Of a DNA stretch of 32,000 nt, positions 7,636 to 16,896 are shown one piece after another (the stretch's first letter is position 1; each line of letters opens with the position of its first letter). The position numbers were made by a program, and so were the translations under genes. The notes under the pieces were generated by a model that did no database searches, was not told the DNA's origin, and was given only the letters and a program-made list of their open reading frames with translations. The DNA lies in the NCBI RefSeq assembly GCF_000010065.1, contig NC_006576.1:1710001-1742000 (forward strand), given 5' to 3'. This DNA is from Synechococcus elongatus PCC 6301 (lineage in GTDB: Bacteria > Cyanobacteriota > Cyanobacteriia > Synechococcales > Synechococcaceae).

Positions 7636-9033
7636 ATGCGGATTCTGTTCGTGGCTGCCGAATGTGCTCCCTTCGCCAAAGTGGGAGGCATGGGAGATGT
7701 GGTTGGTTCCCTGCCCAAAGTGCTGAAAGCTCTGGGCCATGATGTCCGAATCTTCATGCCGTACTACGGCTTTCTGAACAGTAAGCTCGATATTCCCGCT
7801 GAACCGATCTGGTGGGGCTACGCGATGTTTAATCACTTCGCGGTTTACGAAACGCAGCTGCCCGGTTCAGATGTGCCGCTCTACTTAATGGGGCATCCAG
7901 CTTTTGATCCGCATCGCATCTACTCAGGAGAAGACGAAGACTGGCGCTTCACGTTTTTTGCCAATGGGGCTGCTGAATTTTCTTGGAACTACTGGAAACC
8001 ACAAGTCATTCACTGCCACGATTGGCACACTGGGATGATTCCGGTTTGGATGCACCAGTCCCCGGATATCTCGACTGTCTTCACCATTCATAACTTGGCC
8101 TACCAAGGGCCGTGGCGCTGGAAGCTCGAGAAGATCACCTGGTGCCCTTGGTACATGCAGGGCGACAGCACCATGGCGGCGGCCTTGCTCTATGCCGATC
8201 GCGTCAACACGGTATCGCCCACCTATGCCCAGCAGATTCAAACACCGACCTACGGTGAAAAGCTGGAGGGTCTTCTCTCATTTATCAGTGGCAAGCTAAG
8301 CGGCATCCTTAACGGGATTGATGTTGATAGCTACAACCCTGCAACGGATACGCGGATTGTGGCCAACTGCGATCGCGACACTCTTGATAAACGACTGAAC
8401 AATAAGCTGGCGCTCCAAAAGGAGATGGGGCTTGAGGTCAATCCCGATCGCTTCCTGATTGGCTTTGTGGCTCGTCTAGTCGAGCAGAAGGGCATTGACT
8501 TGCTGCTGCAAATTCTTGATCGCTTTCTGTCTTACAGCGATGCCCAATTTGTTGTCTTAGGAACGGGCGAGCGCTACTACGAAACCCAGCTCTGGGAGTT
8601 GGCGACCCGCTATCCGGGCCGGATGTCCACTTATCTGATGTACGACGAGGGGCTGTCGCGACGCATTTATGCCGGTAGCGACGCCTTCTTGGTGCCCTCT
8701 CGTTTTGAACCTTGCGGTATCACGCAAATGCTGGCACTGCGCTACGGCAGTGTGCCGATTGTGCGCCGTACGGGGGGGTTGGTCGATACGGTCTTCCACC
8801 ACGATCCGCGTCATGCCGAGGGCAATGGCTATTGCTTCGATCGCTACGAGCCGCTGGACCTCTATACCTGTCTGGTGCGGGCTTGGGAGAGTTACCAGTA
8901 CCAGCCCCAATGGCAAAAGCTACAGCAACGGGGTATGGCCGTTGATCTGAGCTGGAAACAATCGGCGATCGCCTACGAACAGCTCTACGCTGAAGCGATT
9001 GGGCTACCGATCGATGTCTTACAGGAGGCCTAG
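7636..9033 (+). CDS. glgA: Glycogen synthase (ADP-glucose type)
   Basis: [30 protein letters not shown] is the canonical GlgA N-terminus (KVGGLGDV-type motif). C-terminal GT1 motifs are [11 protein letters not shown] and [12 protein letters not shown] chose ATG 7636; the ORF is open from 7618. Confidence 0.95.
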   Translation: MRILFVAAECAPFAKVGGMGDVVGSLPKVLKALGHDVRIFMPYYGFLNSKLDIPAEPIWWGYAMFNHFAVYETQLPGSDVPLYLMGHPAFDPHRIYSGEDEDWRFTFFANGAAEFSWNYWKPQVIHCHDWHTGMIPVWMHQSPDISTVFTIHNLAYQGPWRWKLEKITWCPWYMQGDSTMAAALLYADRVNTVSPTYAQQIQTPTYGEKLEGLLSFISGKLSGILNGIDVDSYNPATDTRIVANCDRDTLDKRLNNKLALQKEMGLEVNPDRFLIGFVARLVEQKGIDLLLQILDRFLSYSDAQFVVLGTGERYYETQLWELATRYPGRMSTYLMYDEGLSRRIYAGSDAFLVPSRFEPCGITQMLALRYGSVPIVRRTGGLVDTVFHHDPRHAEGNGYCFDRYEPLDLYTCLVRAWESYQYQPQWQKLQQRGMAVDLSWKQSAIAYEQLYAEAIGLPIDVLQEA

Positions 9034-9054
9034 GGTCGGAGGAGGCGATCACTT

Positions 9055-9753
9055 ATGGGGTTTTGGCAGCGGCTGCAAGGGTCATGGCGCGCGAGTCAGG
9101 TGGCCGTTTGGTCGCGGCTCAATCGCTGGAGTCGGCAACAACTGGTGGCACTGCAAGCTGCAGAAGCAGCGATCGGCAGCGATCGTCCTGAACTCGATCG
9201 GCGTTTGCAAGGGCGCGACTGGCTGGGTCTAGTCGGCGCAGGCTTGGCGATCGCGATCGCAGTCTGGCTGAGCCAACAACCGCTATCTTGGCCCAAACTG
9301 CAAGTGCGGCTGCCAGAACCTGTGGTGACGCCCGTCGAACCGCAGCCCGCTCCTGATTTATTGCCGCCGCCGAAAGCCCTTCCCGTTACGCCGCCCCCCG
9401 CACCAAAACCAGCACCGGAACCGCCACGTCCCTCGCGGCCAACGGAAATTGATCCCAATGCCCGCCTGATTGAGGCGATCCAGTCGGAAGTCTCAGCGAT
9501 TAGCGATCGCTATAGTGAGGCGCTGATCTTGGGCGTGGAGGCCAACTTTGTCGGTAGCCGCCTCCGTCTGCGCTTGAGTGACGGCTGGGGCAGCCTTGCG
9601 GCTAGTCAGCAGGATCAACTGGCGCAAGAGGTCTTTCAGCAGGTGCGGGAACTAGGCTTCCGCCGCCTCGAAATCGTAGATGAGCGCGATCGCCTCTTGG
9701 CTCGCAGTCCGGTGATTGGCGCTGAGATGCTAATTGTCAGTCGCGAATCTTGA
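9055..9753 (+). CDS. Hypothetical membrane-anchored protein with a proline-rich linker
   Basis: 232-aa ORF with ATG preceded by GGAGGAGG about 10 nt upstream. One TM helix (WLGLVGAGLAIAIAVWL), a Pro-rich stretch (PVVTPVEPQPAPDLLPPPKALPVTPPPAPKPAPEPPRP) and a C-terminal globular part. No family recognised. Confidence 0.65.
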   Translation: MGFWQRLQGSWRASQVAVWSRLNRWSRQQLVALQAAEAAIGSDRPELDRRLQGRDWLGLVGAGLAIAIAVWLSQQPLSWPKLQVRLPEPVVTPVEPQPAPDLLPPPKALPVTPPPAPKPAPEPPRPSRPTEIDPNARLIEAIQSEVSAISDRYSEALILGVEANFVGSRLRLRLSDGWGSLAASQQDQLAQEVFQQVRELGFRRLEIVDERDRLLARSPVIGAEMLIVSRES

Positions 9754-9825
9754 CCATTGATAGGTCTGATGGGAGGCGTACCCAACAACAGGCTATGGTG
9801 ATCCCAGACTTGAACTCTCGTTGCT

Positions 9826-10065
9826 ATGCCTCGCCCTCTGACTCGCCAGCAAATCATCCAACGGGATCTGCGCTTGATTCGGCGGCGGCTGCAGCGACTT
9901 TTGACAGCATTTCCACAGGCAACCCAACAGTTTTTGGGTCGTGTCGTTGCTGTGGGTAATGTCCGCAGCGATCGTGAGGTTGATCAGCTAGTGGATCAGG
10001 TCAAAACCAATCTCAACCAAGGCATCAGCCAAGCCTTTGAAACCGAGGAGCCAGAGTCTCGCTAA
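9826..10065 (+). CDS. Small hypothetical protein (79 aa)
   Basis: ATG-initiated ORF in an otherwise empty gap. The composition is protein-like, basic at the N-terminus and acidic at the C-terminus. No family recognised. Confidence 0.5.
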   Translation: MPRPLTRQQIIQRDLRLIRRRLQRLLTAFPQATQQFLGRVVAVGNVRSDREVDQLVDQVKTNLNQGISQAFETEEPESR

Positions 10066-10127
10066 TCTGCGATCGTCAAGCTTCAACTCAGTCCTCAGCT
10101 GAAGTGGCCTGTTTAGCTTAAATGGAG

Positions 10128-10200
10128 TGGAGCTAACCGGACTCGAACCGGTGACCCCTTGCATGCCATGCAAGTGCTCTACCAACTGAGCTATAGCCCC
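10128..10200 (-). tRNA. tRNA-Ala (anticodon GGC)
   Basis: Reverse complement folds as a 73-nt cloverleaf: GGGGCTA-TA-GCTC-AGTTGGTA-GAGC-A-CTTGC-ATGGCAT-GCAAG-GGGTC-ACCGG-TTCGAGT-CCGGT-TAGCTCC-A. It has the G3:U70 alanine identity pair and a TTCGAGT T-loop. CCA is not encoded. Confidence 0.95.
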
Positions 10201-10208
10201 ATTTAGCG

Positions 10209-10243
10209 ATATTAATGTTTTCGTATTTGCCAGCGATTGTCAA
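10209..10243 (-). promoter_or_regulatory. Candidate promoter for tRNA-Ala
   Basis: On the minus strand, TAATAT (10209-10214) sits 8 nt upstream of the mature tRNA 5' end. A perfect TTGACA (10238-10243) lies further upstream, but the spacing is 23 nt and not the canonical 17. Confidence 0.3.
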
Positions 10244-10324
10244 GCCAGTGCTTCAGAGCCGGTGCAGTCTAGCGGGGGCTTTGCAGCATGAAGCAGCAGT
10301 GCTTGGCCCACAGGATGAACTGCG

Positions 10325-12592
10325 ATGATTGCCACTCCTAGCTTGGCCGATCGCCTCCAGAAGATGCGGGCGCAACTGCGAGCCGGGCAGCAGCAGCTCG
10401 CGGCTTGGCAGGCCGGTAGCCTAGCTGTCTCGGCAGTACCCGGCGCAGGTAAATCAACGGGGATGGCGGTAGCAGCCGCGATCGCTCTTGCCCAGCGCCC
10501 TCAACGCGATCGTCGACAGCTCTACCTTGTTACGGTGACGCGATCGGCCGCCCTCAACCTGCGTCAAAAAGTCCGCGAAACCCTGCAGCAACTGGGACTT
10601 TCGGCTGTTGGCTTTACGGTGCAAACCCTACACAGCCTGTCGTTGCAGATTGCCAGCACCGCGCCTGACTTGTCCAATCTCTACTGGGATCAGGTTAGTT
10701 TGGTCTCCGATCGCCGCAAAGCCCAGCTACTCCGCCAAGCAATCGACCAGTGGATTGAGGCAAACCCCACGCTGTTTCAGCAGTTGTTGAGGGGGACGGG
10801 CTTCGATGGCGAACTGGCAGAACAACTGCGCCGCAGCAGTGTGTTGCGCAACGAGTTCCTGTTCGAACTCGCCAAGACTCTGATTCCTGAAATTAAAAGT
10901 TCTGGTCTGTCACCCGCAGACTTTGCCGATCGCCTCTCCCCGTGGCCAGTGCTGGGCGACTACCCCCTGCTGGTGATCGCTCAGGGACTCTACGAGTTCT
11001 ATCAAGTCGGCCTCCAGCAAGCCAGTTTGATCGACTTTGATGACATGGTGCTTTCAGCAGTGCGGGTGCTGGATAACCCTCAGGCTCGCAGAACATGGCA
11101 GTCCTCGATTCTGGCATTGTTTGAAGATGAAGCTCAGGACTCGTCGCCGTTGCAGATGCAATTGTTGGAACGGCTGGCCCCCGTCACAACCGATCAGCAA
11201 CTGCAGCTAGTACGCGTCGGCGACCCCAATCAGGCAATTAACTCCACCTTCACCTCGGCGGATCCACTCTTTTTCCGCCAGTTTTGTGAGCAGTGCGATC
11301 GCCGTCAGCAGCTAGTGATGTTCGATCAAGCCGGTCGCAGTAGCCCCACAATTTTCCGAGCGGCTAACTTTGTCCTGCAGTGGGTCAATCGGCACTGGGC
11401 TCATTCAGACTCGCTCCGACCCTTCCGCGAACAAGCGATCCAGCCTGTTGATGCCGAGGATCCGCAACTGAATGCCAATCCTGAGCCGTTGGGTTTAGGA
11501 CTGGAACTCCTACAAACCGAGACTACGATCGCTACGGTCGAACGTCTCCAGCAGCGTTTGATTGATCTGTATGCTGCCAATGCTGAGACCCAGGCAGCGA
11601 TTCTAGTCCGTGAAAACCGGCAGGCTCACTATCTGCGCGATCGCCTGACCGAACCTTTGGCCAAAGCCGGAATCCACCTCTGGGAAGCCAGCGATCGCGA
11701 TCGCAATCGGCGCATCCCCGAAGAAATGCTGGCGCTGCTCCAGTTCATTGAACGGCCCCACCAGCCCGATCGCCTGCGGGCGGCGCTGCAGGTGCTAGTC
11801 AACCGCGATCGCCTGCCTGCACTGCCTTGGGAAGCTTTGCCCGCGCCGGAAATCTTCCTGGGCGATCGCCTCTTCTGGCCGGATGCAAATCCCCGGTTGC
11901 TGCCTGCCCAACGGCTTTGTCAGCAGTTACTCAAGGCGCGATCGGAGTTGCCGCCCGAGCAACTGATTCCTTTTCTGGCGCTGACGCTGCACTACGACGG
12001 CAGTGAATTGGCGACAGCCGATCAGCTAGCAGATCAACTGGGTCGCCAAGCTTGGAGTAATTTATCGCTGGGGCAATTGCTAGCGGATTTGCAGAATCTC
12101 CTGGAGAGCGATCGCCTGACCAGTGTCGAAACGGAAGATCCGGGCCTTGCCTTGACGCGATCTGGGCAGGTCACGATTCTGACCATGCATCGCTCCAAAG
12201 GGCTGGACTGGGACTGCGTTTTTCTGCCTTTTCTAGAAGCCTCGCAGATCCCCGGTGGGCGATCGCCCAAGCAAAGTGAGGCATTTTTAGGTCCCCAACC
12301 TTGGATTGCGATCGCGCGGCTGCAACTACGACGCGCTTTACAAGCTGAGACAGGCGCAGGCGTTGAACCTTTCACCGATCTAGCCGCCGCAGTCTCTGAG
12401 GCTCAAGCCCTGCGAGAAGCTGAGGAATATCGTCTGCTCTACGTCGCCATGACCCGCGCCAAGCGACTGCTCTGGATGGCCTCGGCTCAACAAGCGCCTC
12501 GTAACTGGACGTTTCCCCAGTCCCTCATCGATCAAACTCCTTGTCCGGCGCTCGCTGCGCTCTATCGCCAGTTTCCCCAACACCGCTGCTGA
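10325..12592 (+). CDS. UvrD/REP-type superfamily 1 DNA helicase-like protein (divergent)
   Basis: 755-aa ORF. Walker A is AVPGAGKSTG, motif II FEDEAQDSSP, motif III VGDPNQAINSTF, motif V/VI ILTMHRSKGLDWDCVFLP and LLYVAMTRAKRLLW. Confidence 0.8.
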   Translation: MIATPSLADRLQKMRAQLRAGQQQLAAWQAGSLAVSAVPGAGKSTGMAVAAAIALAQRPQRDRRQLYLVTVTRSAALNLRQKVRETLQQLGLSAVGFTVQTLHSLSLQIASTAPDLSNLYWDQVSLVSDRRKAQLLRQAIDQWIEANPTLFQQLLRGTGFDGELAEQLRRSSVLRNEFLFELAKTLIPEIKSSGLSPADFADRLSPWPVLGDYPLLVIAQGLYEFYQVGLQQASLIDFDDMVLSAVRVLDNPQARRTWQSSILALFEDEAQDSSPLQMQLLERLAPVTTDQQLQLVRVGDPNQAINSTFTSADPLFFRQFCEQCDRRQQLVMFDQAGRSSPTIFRAANFVLQWVNRHWAHSDSLRPFREQAIQPVDAEDPQLNANPEPLGLGLELLQTETTIATVERLQQRLIDLYAANAETQAAILVRENRQAHYLRDRLTEPLAKAGIHLWEASDRDRNRRIPEEMLALLQFIERPHQPDRLRAALQVLVNRDRLPALPWEALPAPEIFLGDRLFWPDANPRLLPAQRLCQQLLKARSELPPEQLIPFLALTLHYDGSELATADQLADQLGRQAWSNLSLGQLLADLQNLLESDRLTSVETEDPGLALTRSGQVTILTMHRSKGLDWDCVFLPFLEASQIPGGRSPKQSEAFLGPQPWIAIARLQLRRALQAETGAGVEPFTDLAAAVSEAQALREAEEYRLLYVAMTRAKRLLWMASAQQAPRNWTFPQSLIDQTPCPALAALYRQFPQHRC

Positions 12593-12625
12593 GGCTCGTT
12601 CAGGTTGCTGCAACTGTGATCAGAA

Positions 12626-13543
12626 CTAGATAGCGCCAAGTAGTAAGGCGAGCACTGCTTTCTGGGCATGGAGGCGGTTTTCAGCCTGATCCCAGACGCG
12701 GGACTGCGATCCTTCTAGTACTTCCGCCGTGATCTCTTCTTCGCGGTGAGCCGGCAGACAATGCAGCACGATCGCGGCGGGATCGGCTTTTTCTAGCAGG
12801 GCTTGGTTGAGTTGGTAGGGCGTAAAGGCTTTGACCCGCGCTTGGGCTTCTTCCTCTTGCCCCATGCTGGCCCAAACATCGGTGTAGAGCACATGAGCCC
12901 CTTGGGAGGCTGCGATCGGATCGTGGAGGATTTCTACCTTGGCGCGATCGCCAGCAATCTGCTGCGCTTTGGCAACAATCCGCTCCTGCGGCTGATAGTC
13001 AGGCGGGCAAGCAATCCGCACATTCATCCCGACTTGGGCGCACCCTAGCAGCAGCGAATGGGCGACATTATTGCCATCCCCGAGGTAGGTCAGCGTTAGG
13101 TCTTGCCACTGACCAAAGTTTTCTTGAATCGTCTGCAAGTCCGCCAGAATTTGGCAGGGATGGTAGTCATCTGTCAGGGCATTGATGACGGGAATATCGG
13201 CGTAGTGGGCGTATTCTTCTAGGTCTTGCTGGGCGAAGGTACGAATCGCTAGCGCATCCAAATAGCGGCTGAGAACCCGTGCTGTATCTGCGATCGGTTC
13301 ACCCCGCCCCACTTGGGTGACGTTGGGGTTGAGATCCAAGACTTGGCCGCCCATCTGCATGATGGCTGCCGAAAAGCTGACGCGGGTGCGAGTGGAGGAC
13401 TTACTGAAAATCAGTCCTAGTGTCTTAGGACAATGGACAGTCGTTTGACCCGACTTGAGAGTGGCGGCCAGTTCCAAAATTTCGAGAACTTCTGCACTCG
13501 AAAGGTCCGCTAGCGTCAGTAGGTCGCGTCCTGCCAGTCCCAT
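12626..13543 (-). CDS. argF: Ornithine carbamoyltransferase
   Basis: 305-aa ORF with STRTRVSF (carbamoyl-phosphate binding), HPCQILAD and HCLPAHREEE motifs. Confidence 0.95.
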   Translation of the reverse strand: MGLAGRDLLTLADLSSAEVLEILELAATLKSGQTTVHCPKTLGLIFSKSSTRTRVSFSAAIMQMGGQVLDLNPNVTQVGRGEPIADTARVLSRYLDALAIRTFAQQDLEEYAHYADIPVINALTDDYHPCQILADLQTIQENFGQWQDLTLTYLGDGNNVAHSLLLGCAQVGMNVRIACPPDYQPQERIVAKAQQIAGDRAKVEILHDPIAASQGAHVLYTDVWASMGQEEEAQARVKAFTPYQLNQALLEKADPAAIVLHCLPAHREEEITAEVLEGSQSRVWDQAENRLHAQKAVLALLLGAI

Positions 13544-13614
13544 CGATCGCCTCCCCTGCAGAAACCTCTCATTCTACAGAGGCGATCGCCGCAATGCGCA
13601 CCAGTCCGTCTGCT

Positions 13615-14478
13615 TTACCGCGAGAGACTTGCGCTATTGGTGTTGACTGCTTGGGGAGTGGCAACAGTTTGGAGACGTTGTTGGCAAGCCCGCACCGTGT
13701 CGACAAAGCGACCAACGCGCACGGGATCGATCGATTGCTCGCGTTTGCCTTGACGCTTCAGCGAAGAGGAAACAATCACACCATCGGCTGCTTGCAGCAG
13801 TTGGCCAATGTTCTCAATCGAAGCCCCGCTACCGATGAACACGGGAACATCGCCCGCAGCCGCTTTTGCCAGCTCCAAATCTTCTAGCGACGGTGGGCTG
13901 CCGGTTGCCCAACCGGAAAGAATGACGCCATCCGCCAACCCGCGCTCGATCGTGTCTTGCACCGCCACGGTCAGATTGGGGGTTCCCAGCGGTCGGGCAT
14001 GCTTGACCAAGACATCGGCCAAAATCTGCACGGAACTGCCCAACTCGCGCCGATAGCGCAGTAGTTGATGCGCTTCGCCTTCAATCAAGCCCTGATCTGT
14101 GGCCATCACACCCGTCAGGACGTTGACGCGGATGAAAGCTGCACCCGTGCAGCTAGCGATCGCCAAAGCACTGTGGGCATCGTTGCGCAGGACATTCAGC
14201 CCTAAGGGAATGGTCACGAGGTTTTGGAGCCGCTCGACCACCAGGGTCATCGCGCTAACAACGGCAGGATCAACGCGATTCTTAGGGAACGGTGCGTCGA
14301 AAAAATTCTCAACAATAATGCCGTTAACGCCGCCGGCCGCCAGCGCCGTAGCTTCCTGTTCCGCACGCTCAATCACAGCGCGGAGATTGCCACCCCAGCG
14401 AGCCGCTGTGGGCAGCGGTTGCAGGTGCACCACGCCAATGACGGGGGTTGTGGTTCCAAAAATGCGATGCAAATCCAC
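13615..14478 (-). CDS. btpA: BtpA/SgcQ-family protein (photosystem I biogenesis protein BtpA)
   Basis: (M)DLHRIFGTTTPVIGVVHLQPLPTAARWGG matches the BtpA-family N-terminus. The ORF is open to TTG 14499; I prefer GTG 14478. Confidence 0.85.
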   Translation of the reverse strand: MDLHRIFGTTTPVIGVVHLQPLPTAARWGGNLRAVIERAEQEATALAAGGVNGIIVENFFDAPFPKNRVDPAVVSAMTLVVERLQNLVTIPLGLNVLRNDAHSALAIASCTGAAFIRVNVLTGVMATDQGLIEGEAHQLLRYRRELGSSVQILADVLVKHARPLGTPNLTVAVQDTIERGLADGVILSGWATGSPPSLEDLELAKAAAGDVPVFIGSGASIENIGQLLQAADGVIVSSSLKRQGKREQSIDPVRVGRFVDTVRACQQRLQTVATPQAVNTNSASLSR

Positions 14479-14660
14479 GTCAGAATCGAGTCGCTGCAAT
14501 CAATCGCGGGTCTGTAACAAGCATCATACTCTCTGGCAGGGATCCCGCTGAATCAGACTGCAAAGCAGTGCGATAGGATCGACAAGCTATTCGACTTTCA
14601 GTTGTCGCTTGATCCTCACTGAAAGCGATCGCCTTTCCTTCATTCCGTTTGCGCGCTGCC

Positions 14661-16019
14661 ATGACGGCCAAACCAACGATCGCGTTCTCGCACCTCGGGT
14701 GTGAGAAAAACCGCATCGACACTGAACACATGATTGGTTTGCTCGCTGAGGCAGGCTACGGCATCGATGCCAACGAAGCGTTAGCCGATGTAGTGGTGGT
14801 CAACACCTGCAGCTTCATCCAAGCCGCTCGCGAAGAATCGGTACGGACGCTTGTAGAGCTGGCGGAGTCGGGCAAAAAAATTGTGATCGCGGGCTGCCTC
14901 GCCCAGCACTTCCAAGATCAACTGCTGGCAGAGTTGCCAGAAGCGATCGCCCTCGTTGGGACAGGAGACTATCACCGCATTGTCGATGTGCTGCAACGCA
15001 CGGAAAGCGGCGAGCGCGTCAATGCCATTTCCCAAGAGCCGAGCTTTATTGCCGACGAAAATCTACCGCGCTACCGTACGACCACTTCAGCCGTGGCTTA
15101 TCTGCGCGTTGCCGAAGGCTGTGACTATCGCTGCGCCTTCTGCATCATTCCGCATCTGCGCGGCAAGCGGCGATCGCGATCAATCGAGTCGATCGTGGCG
15201 GAAGCGAAGCAACTGGCTGCTGAAGGCGTGCAAGAGCTGGTGCTGATCTCGCAGATCACCACCAACTACGGCCTCGATCGCTACGGCAAACCAATGCTGG
15301 CGGAACTGCTGCGCCAACTGGGTCAAGTCGATGTGCCCTGGATTCGTATTCACTACGCCTATCCGACCGGTCTGACGCCGGAGGTGATTGCAGCGATTCG
15401 AGAAACCCACAACGTGCTGCCCTATCTCGATCTGCCGTTGCAGCATTCCCACCCCGAGATCCTCAAGGCAATGAACCGGCCATGGCAGGGCAATGTCAAC
15501 GATCGCATCATCGAGAAGCTTAAAGAAGCGCTGCCAGATGCGGTGCTGCGCACCACGTTCATTGCAGGCTTCCCCGGGGAAACGGAGGAGCATTTCCGTC
15601 ACCTGCAGCAATTTATTCAACGCCACGAGTTCGATCATGTTGGCGTCTTCGCTTTCTCACCGGAAGAGGGAACTGCTGCGATCGACCTCCCCAATCCGGT
15701 GCCCGATGACGTTAAGGAAGCACGGCGCGATGCCTTGATGGCCACGCAGCAACCGATCGCAGAACGTCGCAATCGCGCTCAAATCGGTCGCCTCGTCGAT
15801 GTGCTGATCGAGCAAGAGCATCCCAGCACCGGCCTCAAGATTGGGCGATCGGCACGCTTTGCCCCTGAAGTGGATGGAGTGGTTTACGTCCAAGGAGACG
15901 CCGCTTTGGGTCAGCTCGTGACTGTGCGGATTACCGATGCCGATATCTACGATCTGCATGGCGAAGTGGCTAGTGCCGCCGATCTGTTCCAAGTTAGTCG
16001 TCAGCCGAGCCTCGCCTAG
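14661..16019 (+). CDS. rimO: Ribosomal protein S12 methylthiotransferase (radical SAM)
   Basis: [19 protein letters not shown] (UPF0004 domain), radical-SAM CDYRCAFC, and a C-terminal TRAM-like domain ([16 protein letters not shown]). I chose ATG 14661; the ORF is open from TTG 14649. Confidence 0.9.
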   Translation: MTAKPTIAFSHLGCEKNRIDTEHMIGLLAEAGYGIDANEALADVVVVNTCSFIQAAREESVRTLVELAESGKKIVIAGCLAQHFQDQLLAELPEAIALVGTGDYHRIVDVLQRTESGERVNAISQEPSFIADENLPRYRTTTSAVAYLRVAEGCDYRCAFCIIPHLRGKRRSRSIESIVAEAKQLAAEGVQELVLISQITTNYGLDRYGKPMLAELLRQLGQVDVPWIRIHYAYPTGLTPEVIAAIRETHNVLPYLDLPLQHSHPEILKAMNRPWQGNVNDRIIEKLKEALPDAVLRTTFIAGFPGETEEHFRHLQQFIQRHEFDHVGVFAFSPEEGTAAIDLPNPVPDDVKEARRDALMATQQPIAERRNRAQIGRLVDVLIEQEHPSTGLKIGRSARFAPEVDGVVYVQGDAALGQLVTVRITDADIYDLHGEVASAADLFQVSRQPSLA

Positions 16020-16024
16020 CTGTC

Positions 16025-16528
16025 ATGCGCCGATTCCAGCGATCGACCGTCATTGATGCCCCGCGCGAACTCGTCTGGGCGTTCCACGAGCAAGCGGATG
16101 TTCTGGAGCAACTAACGCCGCCTTGGTTGCCGGTGGAAGTGGTACGGCGTGAAGGTGGTCTGGGTCCTGGCGCTGTCTCAGAGTTTCGACTCTGGTTAGG
16201 CCCAGTGCCGATTCGCTGGGTTGCCACCCACAATGATGACTATGAGCCGGGGCGTTGTTTCTGCGATCGCCAGAGCCAAGGGCCGTTTGCTGATTGGCTA
16301 CACCGGCACATCTTTAGCCGCGAGGGCGATCGCACTCGCCTGATTGATGAAGTCGAATATGCACTGCCCGGTGGCTGGTTGCCGGAGTTGAGCGTTTGCC
16401 CCGTGGTCGATGCGCAGCTGGAGCGGCTATTTGCCTACCGCCAACAGGTTACCAAGCAATGGTGCGAGAGTCGCCGCGATGCTTTCCTGCAGTCTAATCG
16501 CACAACAAAAGGGCTGCAATCGCTCTAG
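16025..16528 (+). CDS. SRPBCC (START/polyketide-cyclase-like) superfamily protein
   Basis: 167-aa ORF starting 5 nt after the rimO stop. The N-terminus RSTVIDAPRELVWAFHEQADVLEQLTPPW is typical of cyclase/dehydrase-like SRPBCC proteins. Confidence 0.7.
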   Translation: MRRFQRSTVIDAPRELVWAFHEQADVLEQLTPPWLPVEVVRREGGLGPGAVSEFRLWLGPVPIRWVATHNDDYEPGRCFCDRQSQGPFADWLHRHIFSREGDRTRLIDEVEYALPGGWLPELSVCPVVDAQLERLFAYRQQVTKQWCESRRDAFLQSNRTTKGLQSL

Positions 16529-16549
16529 ATTCAGCCCTTGATTGTGTAT
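16511..16549 (+). terminator. Candidate intrinsic terminator after the SRPBCC gene
   Basis: GGGCTG (16511-16516) pairs with CAGCCC (16532-16537) across a 15-nt loop that spans the stop codon. It is followed by TTGATTGTGTATT. The stem is short and the loop long. Confidence 0.3.
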
Positions 16550-16612
16550 TGATGCTGAGGCCTCCAGTCGGGTTCAGTAAGGATTCCTTGACCTGCTCTG
16601 CTGGGTGATCGC

Positions 16613-16825
16613 CTATTTGCGGTGGCGGAAGGTGATGCGACCGCGGCCCAAATCGTAAGGGCTGACTTCAACGGTCACTTTGTCACCAGCCAAGACTTTA
16701 ATTTTGTTCTTGGTCAACTTGCCTGCAGCACGGCACAGGCACTGGTGTCCTGGGGGTTGATCGAGGACTACGAGATAAAAACCATTGCCTTGTTCGCGTT
16801 CAACGACGCCAGACGTCTCAATCAT
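16613..16825 (-). CDS. Divergent translation initiation factor IF-1-like S1/OB-fold protein
   Basis: MIETSGVVEREQGNGFYLVVLD..GKLTKNKIKVLAGDKVTVEVSPYDLGRGRITFRHRK aligns along its whole length with IF-1 (IEMxGTV...ISGKMRKNYIRILxGDxVxVELxPYDLxxGRIxxR). An alternative TTG start is at 16846. Confidence 0.8.
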   Translation of the reverse strand: MIETSGVVEREQGNGFYLVVLDQPPGHQCLCRAAGKLTKNKIKVLAGDKVTVEVSPYDLGRGRITFRHRK

Positions 16826-16896
16826 GCAAGCTCTGTGGACTTCCAATTGTCCACTCTAGCAGTCCGACCGGACGGGCGATCGCTTCCTGGTTTGAA

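Noticed and set aside
9330-9440. Proline-codon-rich stretch as a DNA tandem repeat
   Set aside because: It is low-complexity coding sequence for a Pro-rich linker. No regular repeat unit is present at the nucleotide level.
10066-10324. tRNA-Ala flanks as the attachment site of an integrated element
   Set aside because: There is no integrase, no direct repeat of the tRNA 3' half, and no compositional break next to the tRNA. The neighbouring genes look native.
13553-13564. 11-mer CCTGCAGAAAC shared between the argF upstream region and the DAHP synthase upstream region (24927-24938) as a common operator
   Set aside because: A single 11-nt match within 32 kb is expected by chance (on the order of 100 such pairs). 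The two copies also lie at very different distances from their start codons.
14099-14551. 150-aa + strand ORF
   Set aside because: It is antisense shadow of btpA. The composition is Ala/Arg/Thr-rich with no motif.
15180-15638. 152-aa - strand ORF
   Set aside because: It is antisense shadow of rimO, whose radical-SAM assignment is secure.
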